Positions 39,971 to 49,051 of a stretch of 64,000 nucleotides of DNA are shown here, piece by piece. Position 1 is the first letter of the stretch; every line of letters starts with the position of its first letter. The translations under genes were made by a program, and so were the position numbers. The notes beneath the pieces were generated by a model. It was given only the letters and a program-made list of their open reading frames with translations, ran no database searches and was not told the origin of the DNA. Origin of the DNA: Candidatus Bathyarchaeota archaeon (lineage in GTDB: Archaea > Thermoproteota > Bathyarchaeia > Bathyarchaeales > Bathycorpusculaceae); the NCBI GenBank assembly GCA_963775465.1, contig CAVZIW010000001.1:352001-416000 (forward strand), given 5' to 3'.

Positions 39971-39992
39971 ACCCCCTCCTCCCTTTCTTTAT
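39971..39992 (+). terminator. Pyrimidine-rich terminator-like tract after pilin C
   Basis: ACCCCCTCCTCCCTTTCTTTAT. Confidence 0.5.
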
Positions 39993-40140
39993 TACCAAAA
40001 AACAAAGTCGCTTGAAAATGCTAAATTTACTGCAGACTAAATATTCTGATACAGATTAAGATCCAGTTTAATGTGTCTTAATTCATACACACAAATCCCT
40101 TAATGGCATTTTCTTGAACTAAAAGTAAGGAGAAGTAACT

Positions 40141-40978
40141 TTGACCCATAGGACAACTAACACCTTTAGAAAGCTAATGCACTCTAGGTTAGCTGTTGCT
40201 TTACCTGTTACTTTTCTTATTCTTTTTGTAACATCTTTAGGTCTTGTATCAGCAACTTACTACTTCTCAATACAGAAGATCGGCTCTGAAAGTCAAATAA
40301 TAAAGATCGTTACGGCTAAAGCAGACTTTATTTCTCTAAATGACAAGATTCTCTCAACAATCTGGAACCCAGGTTCTTCCTCTACTATTAACATAAAGGA
40401 TTCTGGCGGATTGACCAGAATTCAGCCTGAAAGCAATCAGTTGCAAATTTCAGTTGACGATGCTTCAAGCATATCATGAAGAAATCTTTGCATCTCCTAT
40501 CGGCAAAGTAGTATACGAATTACCTTATTCAGTGACCTCTCAATCGGGTGTGTTCCTGGAGGGCGATAGCCGACCGATCGTGAATCAAACAGGATCAACA
40601 CAGAGCCAAATGAGCATTGTTAGAGGAGCTGAACACCCTGAAATTCATCTAAGTTACAGACCAGTTGTTTCCTATTCTGCTGCAGGATTGGAAAATGGAA
40701 AACAATTAAACACCATCAGAATTTACGTCATAAACCTGAACTCGTCAACGAGCATCGACTCACAAGGCGAGTTGCCTCTTCGAGTCAAATGCCTTGACGC
40801 ACAATTAACAACTAAAAGCTATGAATTCTCTTCCCAACCGCCTAATCTGACGATAACAGCCACAAAAGAAGATTCCGTAGGAACCGTTGTTGTCCCATTG
40901 TCGAGCAACGCTCAGGGAGCGATAGTCAACATAGAACTTGTTGTTGTAAACGTTGCAATCGAGAGGTGGATACGATAA
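40141..40978 (+). CDS. Minor pilin-like protein split by one frameshift near 40474
   Basis: Basic leader ...HSRLA|VALPVTFLILFV; removing one base in AGCATATCATGAA joins the 112-aa and 174-aa ORFs. Confidence 0.7.
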
Positions 40979-40979
40979 G

Positions 40980-41423
40980 ATGCCCAGCATAATCCCCGGT
41001 TACGTGTATTCTTTATTTGCTGCGCTTATCGTCGGCACGATAATTGTTGGCAGTTGCAGCGCTATAATGCTAAATGTTAAGAATAAAGCTGAAAACCAAC
41101 AATTGAGCAACATAAACGCATACATCGCAACGGAAAGCTTAGCCTTACTTTCTCAAACGACTGCCAGCAATCGAAATTCAACACAATACCTCCAAATACC
41201 AACCGATATAGGAGCTAGACAATACTGGGTTCGGATTGCAAATGATTCGTCACATGCTTGGATTGAGTCGGGTTTTGGAACGACAATTATCCCTGGTCAA
41301 CCTGATATGTATATTCCAGCCAAGATCTCAGCTTCAGGAACTTATGTAAGCAATTCGGGTAGAGCCTATCTAATTTGTCAAATTGAAAATCAGACTGCGG
41401 TTTTAACGTTAACCAATAGGTGA
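40980..41423 (+). CDS. Pilus accessory/minor pilin-like protein
   Basis: ATG 40980 after GAGGTG SD; N-terminal hydrophobic helix; IPTDIGARQYWVRI motif. Confidence 0.7.
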   Translation: MPSIIPGYVYSLFAALIVGTIIVGSCSAIMLNVKNKAENQQLSNINAYIATESLALLSQTTASNRNSTQYLQIPTDIGARQYWVRIANDSSHAWIESGFGTTIIPGQPDMYIPAKISASGTYVSNSGRAYLICQIENQTAVLTLTNR

Positions 41424-43000
41424 TGTCTATGAAACTTGGTAAAAAGAAACAAGAAGAAATTCAGCAAGAAAAGAAAGCTTCAGACGAAGAAATGATAACT
41501 TACCTAGGCATTCAAGGCTATCAAGTCCCGGAAGGGTACATTCAAATAGAGAGTTATCCCCTCAACGCACCTTTCTCTTACGCATGGATTTTTCAGGATG
41601 AATCCGACGGAGGCTACTTCTACGTTATTGACGAATTACCTATGACTAAAACAGAAAGAGAACAGTTCTATCGCTTAAAGAACATTCTAGAGTATGAACT
41701 AAAAGCTCCAAGAGTAGATGAAACCCTTGTAGATTCATTTCACAGGCAGCTACCGACAATAATCGATGCACACAAATCAGCTTTTGCAGACGGCGATGAA
41801 GTCGGATTAAGAAAAGTAAAATACTACCTTGAAAAAGACCTCATAGGCTACGGCAAAATTGACGGACTAATAAGCGACCAACTGATAGAAGACATAAGTT
41901 GTCTTGGAGTAAACAAACCGATCTACATATATCACAGAAAATATGCCAACGCACGAACAAACATAGTTTTCACCGACGAAGAAGATCTTGACGATTTTAT
42001 TACTAGAATAGTTCACAGACAAGGAAAACACGTAAGCATCGCACACCCAATTGTGGACATTACCCTTCCTGGAAAACACCGTCTTGCAGTTGCTTTCGGA
42101 AAAGAAACCACACCTGCAGGTTCAAGCTTCACAATAAGAAAATTCAAAGAAGACCCACTAACAATTGTTGACCTCATAATAAACGAAACCATCGATGAAT
42201 CCATCGGCGCATATCTCTGGATGCTCATGGAAAACAAAATGTCAGTGATGATCGTAGGACCAACTGGAGCTGGAAAAACAACTGCATTAAACGCGATAGC
42301 TTGCCTTGTTAGACCAGATTTCAAATTGATATCCGTGGAAGAAGTTCAAGAAATTAACCTACCACAAGAAAACTGGGTATCCACCATCGCAAGAACAGGT
42401 TTCGGTGGAGATAGCGAAGGCGAAGTTACACTCTATGACTTAATCAAATCAGCTGTAAGACATAGACCAGCATTAATTCTAGTAGGCGAAATCAGAGGAG
42501 AAGAAGCATACGTATTGTTCCAAGCCCTTGCAACTGGTCACGGAGGCCTCTGCACAATGCACGCTGACGACGTCGAAACAGTAATAAAAAGACTAACTCA
42601 GCCACCGATGAATATTCCCCAGAACATCCTCTCATTGATGAACTGCGTTATAGTCGTTAAGCAAGTAAGAACCTCTGGCCTCAACCGAGGCAAAAAGATG
42701 TCGGGAAGAAAATTCGTAACAGTCTCAGAAATCGACAACAATGGATTACCCGGTGAAGTCTTCGCTTGGAACATGAAATCTGACACCTTCAAACAAAGCC
42801 TGGATACCAGCTATCTATTCAGAAAAATCGCCAAGAGCCAAGATGTACCATTAAGCGTTGTTCGTCAAGAATTCGCTCGAAGAAGACAAATTCTTCTCAA
42901 CATGGTCGAAAAGAATCTTCGCGATTTCAAGAGCGTACACAAAGCACTCAACAGCTCAATAAATACAATCAACTTGTCAGAGACTTCTGAGGAGGATTAG
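41420..43000 (+). CDS. Type IV pilus assembly ATPase (VirB11/TadA/ArlI family)
   Basis: IEDISC, FTIRKF, Walker A GPTGAGKTT, Walker B ILVGEIRG, His box TGHGGLCTMHA. Confidence 0.95.
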   Translation: MMSMKLGKKKQEEIQQEKKASDEEMITYLGIQGYQVPEGYIQIESYPLNAPFSYAWIFQDESDGGYFYVIDELPMTKTEREQFYRLKNILEYELKAPRVDETLVDSFHRQLPTIIDAHKSAFADGDEVGLRKVKYYLEKDLIGYGKIDGLISDQLIEDISCLGVNKPIYIYHRKYANARTNIVFTDEEDLDDFITRIVHRQGKHVSIAHPIVDITLPGKHRLAVAFGKETTPAGSSFTIRKFKEDPLTIVDLIINETIDESIGAYLWMLMENKMSVMIVGPTGAGKTTALNAIACLVRPDFKLISVEEVQEINLPQENWVSTIARTGFGGDSEGEVTLYDLIKSAVRHRPALILVGEIRGEEAYVLFQALATGHGGLCTMHADDVETVIKRLTQPPMNIPQNILSLMNCVIVVKQVRTSGLNRGKKMSGRKFVTVSEIDNNGLPGEVFAWNMKSDTFKQSLDTSYLFRKIAKSQDVPLSVVRQEFARRRQILLNMVEKNLRDFKSVHKALNSSINTINLSETSEED

Positions 43001-43002
43001 AA

Positions 43003-44508
43003 ACGAAACCTCAAAACGGCTTTCTAGGCAAGATAAACCATTTGTTTTCCAAGGCTACAAGTGAAGAAAAAGAAAAAACTGAACGTGAACTACCGTTTGC
43101 AGTTATGATTTTCACTCTGATGGCAGCAAGCGGCATTTCCCCTTATGACAGCTGGAAAAGGATGAGAAAATTAAGTTTCCTGCCGGTGTTCAAAAAGGAA
43201 GCCGACGAAATAGTACGCCAAGTTGAAGTTTTAGGAAAAGATCCGCTGTCAGTGATGCAGTCGCGCTCTGAATCCACAAAATCAAAACTCTACAGGAATT
43301 TTCTAGGAGGCTTTGTTTCCTCAGTAAGAAGCGGGGGAAAACTTGCCGACTACATGAAAAGTCAACTAAAATCGATTTTTGAGCTGCGAAGCATAGGAAT
43401 GAATAGGTCTATTGAGCGAATAGCATCTCTAGTTGAAGCCTACTCAGTAATGTTGATTGTTGTTTTGTGCACTTACATACTCTTCGTTGTTTTTGCCTCA
43501 ACCAATGTTATGGAGCTTTTGCTGAATTCATCGGTGTCAATTTCGCCGATAATGTCTTACTTGATTGCTTTTATTGCAATGCCATTAATGACTGGAATTT
43601 TTATTCTTATAGCTCACAACATGCAAGCCAGTGCTTTTCCAGATTTGAAAGATGTCTATAAAAAAGGGCTAATGCTCATTATCCCAGCCTATGCTGTAAT
43701 AGGCTTTTTTGGATTATATTCACCTATGCTGGACGCAATTGCTCCGATGGGGCTACCAGAAATCACTACAATATGCTTAGTTGCTGCGTCACTTCCGATG
43801 GCAATCCAATACTTTCGAATTGCAAAAATTAACTACAACGCAGAAGACTCAATCCCCAGCTTCATCCGTGACATAACAGAATCACAAAAGACAGGCTTAT
43901 CACCCGAAAAAAGCATCGTACAAGCAACAAAACGCAAAGACTATGGAGTATTCTCAAAATTCCTCCTACTTATACGAAGCCAAATTGAATGGGGAATACC
44001 ACTAAGAAAAACCTTCGAAAACATGAAAAAGCAAATTCGAAGCTGGTTTGTTGTCGTAAATTTCGCCATGATGGTCGAAACCATAGAAATCGGCGGAAAT
44101 TCAATACAATCATTAGAAATTCTCTCGGAATATAGCGAAAAAGAAAGAGAATTACAAGTAAATCGCCGAGAACTCTTAAAACCCTACATAATCCTTGCTT
44201 TCATCTGGAGCGCACTAATTGCAGTTACAACCACGATTGTAGCCTTAACAACTGGAATGATGACCTCAGTTGTCAGCACCAACTTAGCATCCGCAGGATC
44301 AATGGCTATGGGAAATCAACTAAACGTATTCTCAGTTGGAATAATAATCCAATGCTGGGTCTCAGGCTTCTTTATCGGAAAAATAAGCGAAGGAAACTTT
44401 GGAGCTGGCTTCAAACATTCAGCACTATTAGCTGCAACAGCTTATGGTTCACTTGTAGTGTCAAATCTTCTCTTGGCTGGAGCATTCAACATAGAACTAA
44501 AAATATAA
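43003..44508 (+). CDS. Pilus platform membrane protein (TadC/ArlJ, two T2SSF domains)
   Basis: ERELPFA...AASG and EDSIPSFIRDI...G repeats, multiple TMs; in-frame ACG at 43003, 7 nt after GGAGG (track start TTG 43042). Confidence 0.9.
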   Translation, partial: TKPQNGFLGKINHLFSKATSEEKEKTERELPFAVMIFTLMAASGISPYDSWKRMRKLSFLPVFKKEADEIVRQVEVLGKDPLSVMQSRSESTKSKLYRNFLGGFVSSVRSGGKLADYMKSQLKSIFELRSIGMNRSIERIASLVEAYSVMLIVVLCTYILFVVFASTNVMELLLNSSVSISPIMSYLIAFIAMPLMTGIFILIAHNMQASAFPDLKDVYKKGLMLIIPAYAVIGFFGLYSPMLDAIAPMGLPEITTICLVAASLPMAIQYFRIAKINYNAEDSIPSFIRDITESQKTGLSPEKSIVQATKRKDYGVFSKFLLLIRSQIEWGIPLRKTFENMKKQIRSWFVVVNFAMMVETIEIGGNSIQSLEILSEYSEKERELQVNRRELLKPYIILAFIWSALIAVTTTIVALTTGMMTSVVSTNLASAGSMAMGNQLNVFSVGIIIQCWVSGFFIGKISEGNFGAGFKHSALLAATAYGSLVVSNLLLAGAFNIELKI

Positions 44509-44520
44509 AGGAAGACGTCT

Positions 44521-45561
44521 ATGCCAACAAGCTCAATCGACACATTCTTTGCGTGCACAGTAATCTTAGCCGCAGCCCTAATAGCGACAGCTTCAGTGGC
44601 CTCAACGCTGCAACTTCAAATTAATGATTCACAAGATCTAAACAAACAAAGTTACCTCAATGCATTAGCTGACCACATAATTAACAGTCCAGGTACCCCG
44701 CCTAATTGGGGAACTACTAATACTTCCCTGACTGATTTTGGATTGGCAGCGACTGAGTCTCAGAGTTTTTCCGAATTAGATGTAAACAAGATAAATAAGT
44801 TGTACAACGCATCTCTTTGGTCCTCAGAGTTTGGTGCTTCGACAAGCATCTACAATACTGCATTAGGATTGAAAGCCTCACAATTACTCGAAATACACAT
44901 ACAACAATCAGGCAACAGCACAATCAATCACTTGACCACTTTTACATTCAATATATCCACAAGCATTAATTCGAAACCAACAAGCGCAATCTTGCGCGCT
45001 TACACAAAAGCAGAAAATTTTGAAAGCAACATCACAACAAGCACTGCAGATAATGGCCGATGTAATTTATCAATCGAAATACCCGAAACCGCTACTAACA
45101 CTTCTTTCCTCATTATCTTTGCAAGAGCACCAATTGACAGTAGACTAACCTCATTTGCCATCTACAATATCGACAACTCAACTCAAGAATTCACACCCAA
45201 CGATAATATTTTAAACATTGAGGGCCCAATCAACAACAGGTTAACATGGAATTCAAATGACTCATCTCTTCAAATAGAAAAAGCAGAAATTTTCTCTTTT
45301 GGATATGCACAAAATGTCTCAGTCGCTCAAGGCACCTCTTATTGCATGCTACCTAATCTAATTGATTCGAGTCCTCAAATCATAATTCTAAATGGACATT
45401 CTAACGGAAGCTATTTTCAAACATGGACCGCCAACCCAAGAATACCCTTTGAAATCGGCTCTGATTTTAACCAATCAGAACAAAACGTCTTCGCATACTT
45501 GATTACCATCAAAGAAAACCTCTACAAAGTTGAGATAAGTTTCGGAGACTTACAGCTTTGA
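44521..45561 (+). CDS. Pilus-associated membrane-anchored protein (minor pilin-like)
   Basis: N-terminal SIDTFFACTVILAA helix, SPGTPPNWG...FGLA motif, many sequons. Confidence 0.75.
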   Translation: MPTSSIDTFFACTVILAAALIATASVASTLQLQINDSQDLNKQSYLNALADHIINSPGTPPNWGTTNTSLTDFGLAATESQSFSELDVNKINKLYNASLWSSEFGASTSIYNTALGLKASQLLEIHIQQSGNSTINHLTTFTFNISTSINSKPTSAILRAYTKAENFESNITTSTADNGRCNLSIEIPETATNTSFLIIFARAPIDSRLTSFAIYNIDNSTQEFTPNDNILNIEGPINNRLTWNSNDSSLQIEKAEIFSFGYAQNVSVAQGTSYCMLPNLIDSSPQIIILNGHSNGSYFQTWTANPRIPFEIGSDFNQSEQNVFAYLITIKENLYKVEISFGDLQL

Positions 45562-45983
45562 GAATACTTAGGAACAATAAAGGAGTAGCGCGCATAATAG
45601 AAGCTTTCTTAGCCATTCTGCTTCTGACTGCATGCATTGCCATTGTTCCAGCTTATTCAACAAAAACTCAAACCCGCGATTTTTCATCATTTGGGCTAGA
45701 AACATTGACAAGTCTTGACAATAATGGTCATTTAGCAGCTCTAGTTGACGTGGAAAACTGGGACGCGCTTCGGAGTTGTGTTGACTCCGCGATACCGCTT
45801 ACGCTTTGGTTTAATCTAACGGTTTTTGATGAAAACATGAAACCTATCAACCCCTACGCTTTGTGCAGTTCAGGTTCAGTAAGCGATAACATAGACTCCA
45901 CAGATTATCTAAGTGCAAGTCTCAACAGCACATACAGAGTGTATATACTGAGATTACAGCTTTCACAGGTGGGATCACAATAA
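45558..45983 (+). CDS. Minor pilin with class III signal peptide
   Basis: MRILRNNKG|VARIIEAFLAILLL. Confidence 0.8.
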   Translation: MRILRNNKGVARIIEAFLAILLLTACIAIVPAYSTKTQTRDFSSFGLETLTSLDNNGHLAALVDVENWDALRSCVDSAIPLTLWFNLTVFDENMKPINPYALCSSGSVSDNIDSTDYLSASLNSTYRVYILRLQLSQVGSQ

Positions 45984-46741
45984 CGAAGCACAGCTTAAGA
46001 AATGACAAAAAAGGTCAAGTAATTGTCATAACCGCTTTGCTGATTGGATTATTGATGTTTTCCACAGTTGCCTATGTTACTGAAGTCATTAAGCAAGCAC
46101 CTAAAACCGAGACAAATCAAAATGATATGTTTCCTCAATACCAACAAAACTTGAAACATACACTAATCAGTTCACTATCAAACATAACTATCGACAACAC
46201 TACACAGGTACTAAGTGAAAACATAGACAAACTAAATCAAGCATTTAGTTCCCATTTCTATGAATCCACCCTTCAAATCGAAAGTACACTTACAAATACT
46301 ACTCCCTATCAAAATGGTCTTTGGATAGCTGGCTATCAAGAAAATCACGCAATTATTGGAGCTCAGGTAAGCTATCAATTAGAATCAGCAGGAAATACAA
46401 AAAAGACGAACGTTGCTGGCATTGTAAACGTTACATCTGAGGCATATTTGTCGGGAAACTCCTCACAGATTGACCCAGCAACAAAACAAGGAACTCTAAC
46501 TTTGCGAGTTCTAAACGAAGGAATGCCGGCTCTTGCATCAAACTTCAGCTGCTATTATCAAGACGACACTCAATGGCTCCCGGTACAAAATTTCAGCTCT
46601 ACAGATTTTGGCAATGGAACATACCAGATAATTTTTTCTGTTCAGCTAACCCAACCTAGCGATCCATTAATCGTTTCAATAAATGTTTTAGATCAACGAG
46701 GAATAAGCATGAGAGTGCAAACAACATGCACAAACTCATAG
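45983..46741 (+). CDS. Minor pilin with class III signal peptide, apparent ACG start
   Basis: Frame extends upstream of TTG 46037 to give KHSLRNDKKG|QVIVITALLIGLL; TAACG overlap with the previous stop. Confidence 0.75.
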   Translation, partial: TKHSLRNDKKGQVIVITALLIGLLMFSTVAYVTEVIKQAPKTETNQNDMFPQYQQNLKHTLISSLSNITIDNTTQVLSENIDKLNQAFSSHFYESTLQIESTLTNTTPYQNGLWIAGYQENHAIIGAQVSYQLESAGNTKKTNVAGIVNVTSEAYLSGNSSQIDPATKQGTLTLRVLNEGMPALASNFSCYYQDDTQWLPVQNFSSTDFGNGTYQIIFSVQLTQPSDPLIVSINVLDQRGISMRVQTTCTNS

Positions 46742-46772
46742 AAAATTACAAAACAGAAGGAGACAAATAGAA

Positions 46773-47964
46773 TTGCCTAAACTCAGAATAATAATAATTT
46801 TTGTCATCATTGCACTTATTTTATTCTCGTTTCTCGCCTTTGTTTTCATGAGTGAAATGAATCAAAAAAATCCCTCCACAGCTCAAGTTGTTTGGCTGAA
46901 AAATTACGGTGGAGCAAAAGACGATCGAGCCTTCTACGCAGTGGCTAACGAGCAAGGATACTTGGCAATTGGATCAACAAAATCAATTATAGCAAAACAC
47001 AACTACGGGGTGGGTCTTGCAGCTTGACCCCGAAGGCAACGTTATTTGGAATAGAACATACCTGCAACGAGAAGGAACTGAATTAAGATACGCCATAGAT
47101 TTAGCCGATGGATACTTGTTTGTTGGAAATGAATACTTGGAAGGCGACGATGTCAACGGCTTTGTTCTAAGAACCGATGAACAAGGCAATGAATTGTGGA
47201 ATACAACAATTGGCGGCAACAACGTTGACAAGTTGTTTTCGGCAATTCAAGCACCAGACGGCTTCGTTCTTCTAGGAACAACTTGCCTCAATGAAAGTAA
47301 TTATTCAGTTGCGTGGGCAGCAAAAATAGACGTTAATGGAGAGATATTGTGGAACAATGAATATCTAAATGGAACCGACTCCACAATTAGACAGGGAATC
47401 TTAGCACCGGATGGCAACTATATTTGCGCTGGTTACGCTAAAGTTGGCGATTACCAGTTTTTGACTCTAAAAATAGACACATCTGGCAAGTTAATATGGA
47501 ACCAAACCTACGGTCAAGAGTCAAGCCAAAAAGCGTATTCAATAGCCAAGGCGGCTGACGGATACATTATTGCAGGTGATAAAGTATCCTTGCAATCAGA
47601 TTCGGACGCATGGCTCATCAAGCTAGATTGGAATGGAACCATACTCTGGGAAAAAGCCATAGGTGGAAATGATGCGGATTCCGCGGCTGCAATCACTCCA
47701 TCGGAAGATGGAAACTATTTGGTCACCGGATTTACCTTCTCATATGGAAAAGGAAACAGAGATGTTTGGCTCTTAAAAGTCTCCAACGAAGGAAACGTTC
47801 TGTGGAGCTGCACTGAAGGCGGCGTGGGTTACCAAGAGGCATACCAGGTACTTGACGCCGGCAAAAATCAATATGTCATAGTCGGCTGGACTGATCCTCC
47901 AGAAGCGCCCGATTTAATTGGCAAAGCTCAATATGACTTCTATACAGCTAAACTTAGCCCATAA
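46773..47964 (+). CDS. Membrane-anchored beta-propeller repeat protein (possible adhesin) split by one frameshift near 46995
   Basis: N-terminal TM; repeats of W.K.YGG..DD.A....DG..(I/L).G....W..K.D..G..(L/I)W; one extra A in GCAAAAC. Confidence 0.75.
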
Positions 47965-48046
47965 TTAGGCACCAAAAATAAAAGAAATATTGTATTTCTG
48001 CGAAAATAAAAATAATGGGAAAAGATGAAAAAACACAATTCGGGCG

Positions 48047-48922
48047 TTAGTTTATCTTTAGGAAAAGCATACTCAGAATCTTGACTAACGCGCTATAGTT
48101 GGTCCATATGCCTGCGGTTCGACATTTTTTCTTTGTGTCATCGTTGCCTACTGCTTCTTCATGGAAGGTGATTAGCACTTCTTTATTGTCCGATATCATA
48201 AAGCAGGGTAAGCTTTGATCATCATTTATTCTGTTTGAATCGCTAAGCCAATTAAGTTGACCTAGAAAGTAGGCGCTCTTTAGCGTGGTATCAGTTACCA
48301 GAGAAACATTTACTTTTTCAGCTTGATTTTTTAGATTGTCAGAAAAATCGCTATAATAAAGTTCAGACAGGTAAGCAGCTGATGCATAAACTTGGAATGA
48401 ACTCTTAGTCTTTTGCAGCAGTTCATTAGCTTTCATAAGAACCTGATCTTCACCCTCAAGCATTTGAAACATTTCTTTTTTCTGTTCAACTGCTTTTTGT
48501 TTAGGTATAGAACTCCAAAGCTCAACTAAACTCTGTTTTTCCTGTTCTAAAAGTTTAATTTGAATTTTTTGAGCGTCAACAAGTAAATCAATTGCTTTAT
48601 CGAGAGGCACTGCAGTGAATTTAAGAGGCTTTTCAAAAATTGAAAAAACAATCCCTTTCTTCTCCAAATCACGAAGAATTCGGTAGGTTTCTGTCCTGTG
48701 AAGAGATATAGCTTCAGCCAGTTCCCCAGCTTTCATTTCGCCTGCTCTTGCTAAATGGAGGTATACTCTTATTTCGTTCTTTAAAAGCCCAAAACGCGAC
48801 AGGGTTTCTTCAACAGTTGATAATTGTTTTTCGAAAGTCTGATCTTTTCTAACTAGTTTCCAGGATTCATTTCTCTTATCATAGACTTTTACGAGCTCTT
48901 GTTTATCCATCACTAAAGACAT
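48047..48922 (-). CDS. TrmB family transcriptional regulator
   Basis: FGLLKNEIRVYLHL...A.ELAE...HRTETYRILRDLEKKG...P.KF.AVP; C-terminal ISDNKE effector domain; start uncertain. Confidence 0.88.
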   Translation of the reverse strand: MSLVMDKQELVKVYDKRNESWKLVRKDQTFEKQLSTVEETLSRFGLLKNEIRVYLHLARAGEMKAGELAEAISLHRTETYRILRDLEKKGIVFSIFEKPLKFTAVPLDKAIDLLVDAQKIQIKLLEQEKQSLVELWSSIPKQKAVEQKKEMFQMLEGEDQVLMKANELLQKTKSSFQVYASAAYLSELYYSDFSDNLKNQAEKVNVSLVTDTTLKSAYFLGQLNWLSDSNRINDDQSLPCFMISDNKEVLITFHEEAVGNDDTKKKCRTAGIWTNYSALVKILSMLFLKIN

Positions 48923-49051
48923 ATTCTGTTTTTCACCGATTGCTTGCTTGAGATTAAAGATCAAGTTTACTCACGATATATAATACAATTATGAATTCTG
49001 AATTCATGTTTTTAGAAACATGCAGAAAATAGCCTGCTTTAAAATGCTGTT

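Larger units (their letters stand above)
38241..39992 (+). repeat. Direct duplication of an about 700-bp pilin cassette (38241-about 38935 and 39290-about 39992)
   Basis: First 249 bp identical except one base (offset 1049); conserved blocks alternate with divergent blocks; 5' leader and 3' terminator are shared. Confidence 0.93.

Noticed and set aside
38241-39992. Diversity-generating retroelement (TR/VR pair)
   Set aside because: No reverse transcriptase or Avd gene in the window. Neither copy looks like an adenine-rich template, and differences include C/T changes and indels. A remote DGR cannot be excluded.
37630-44508. Archaellum operon
   Set aside because: No ArlH (KaiC-like) or recognisable ArlF/G/CDE and no chemotaxis genes; the many minor pilins fit a pilus.
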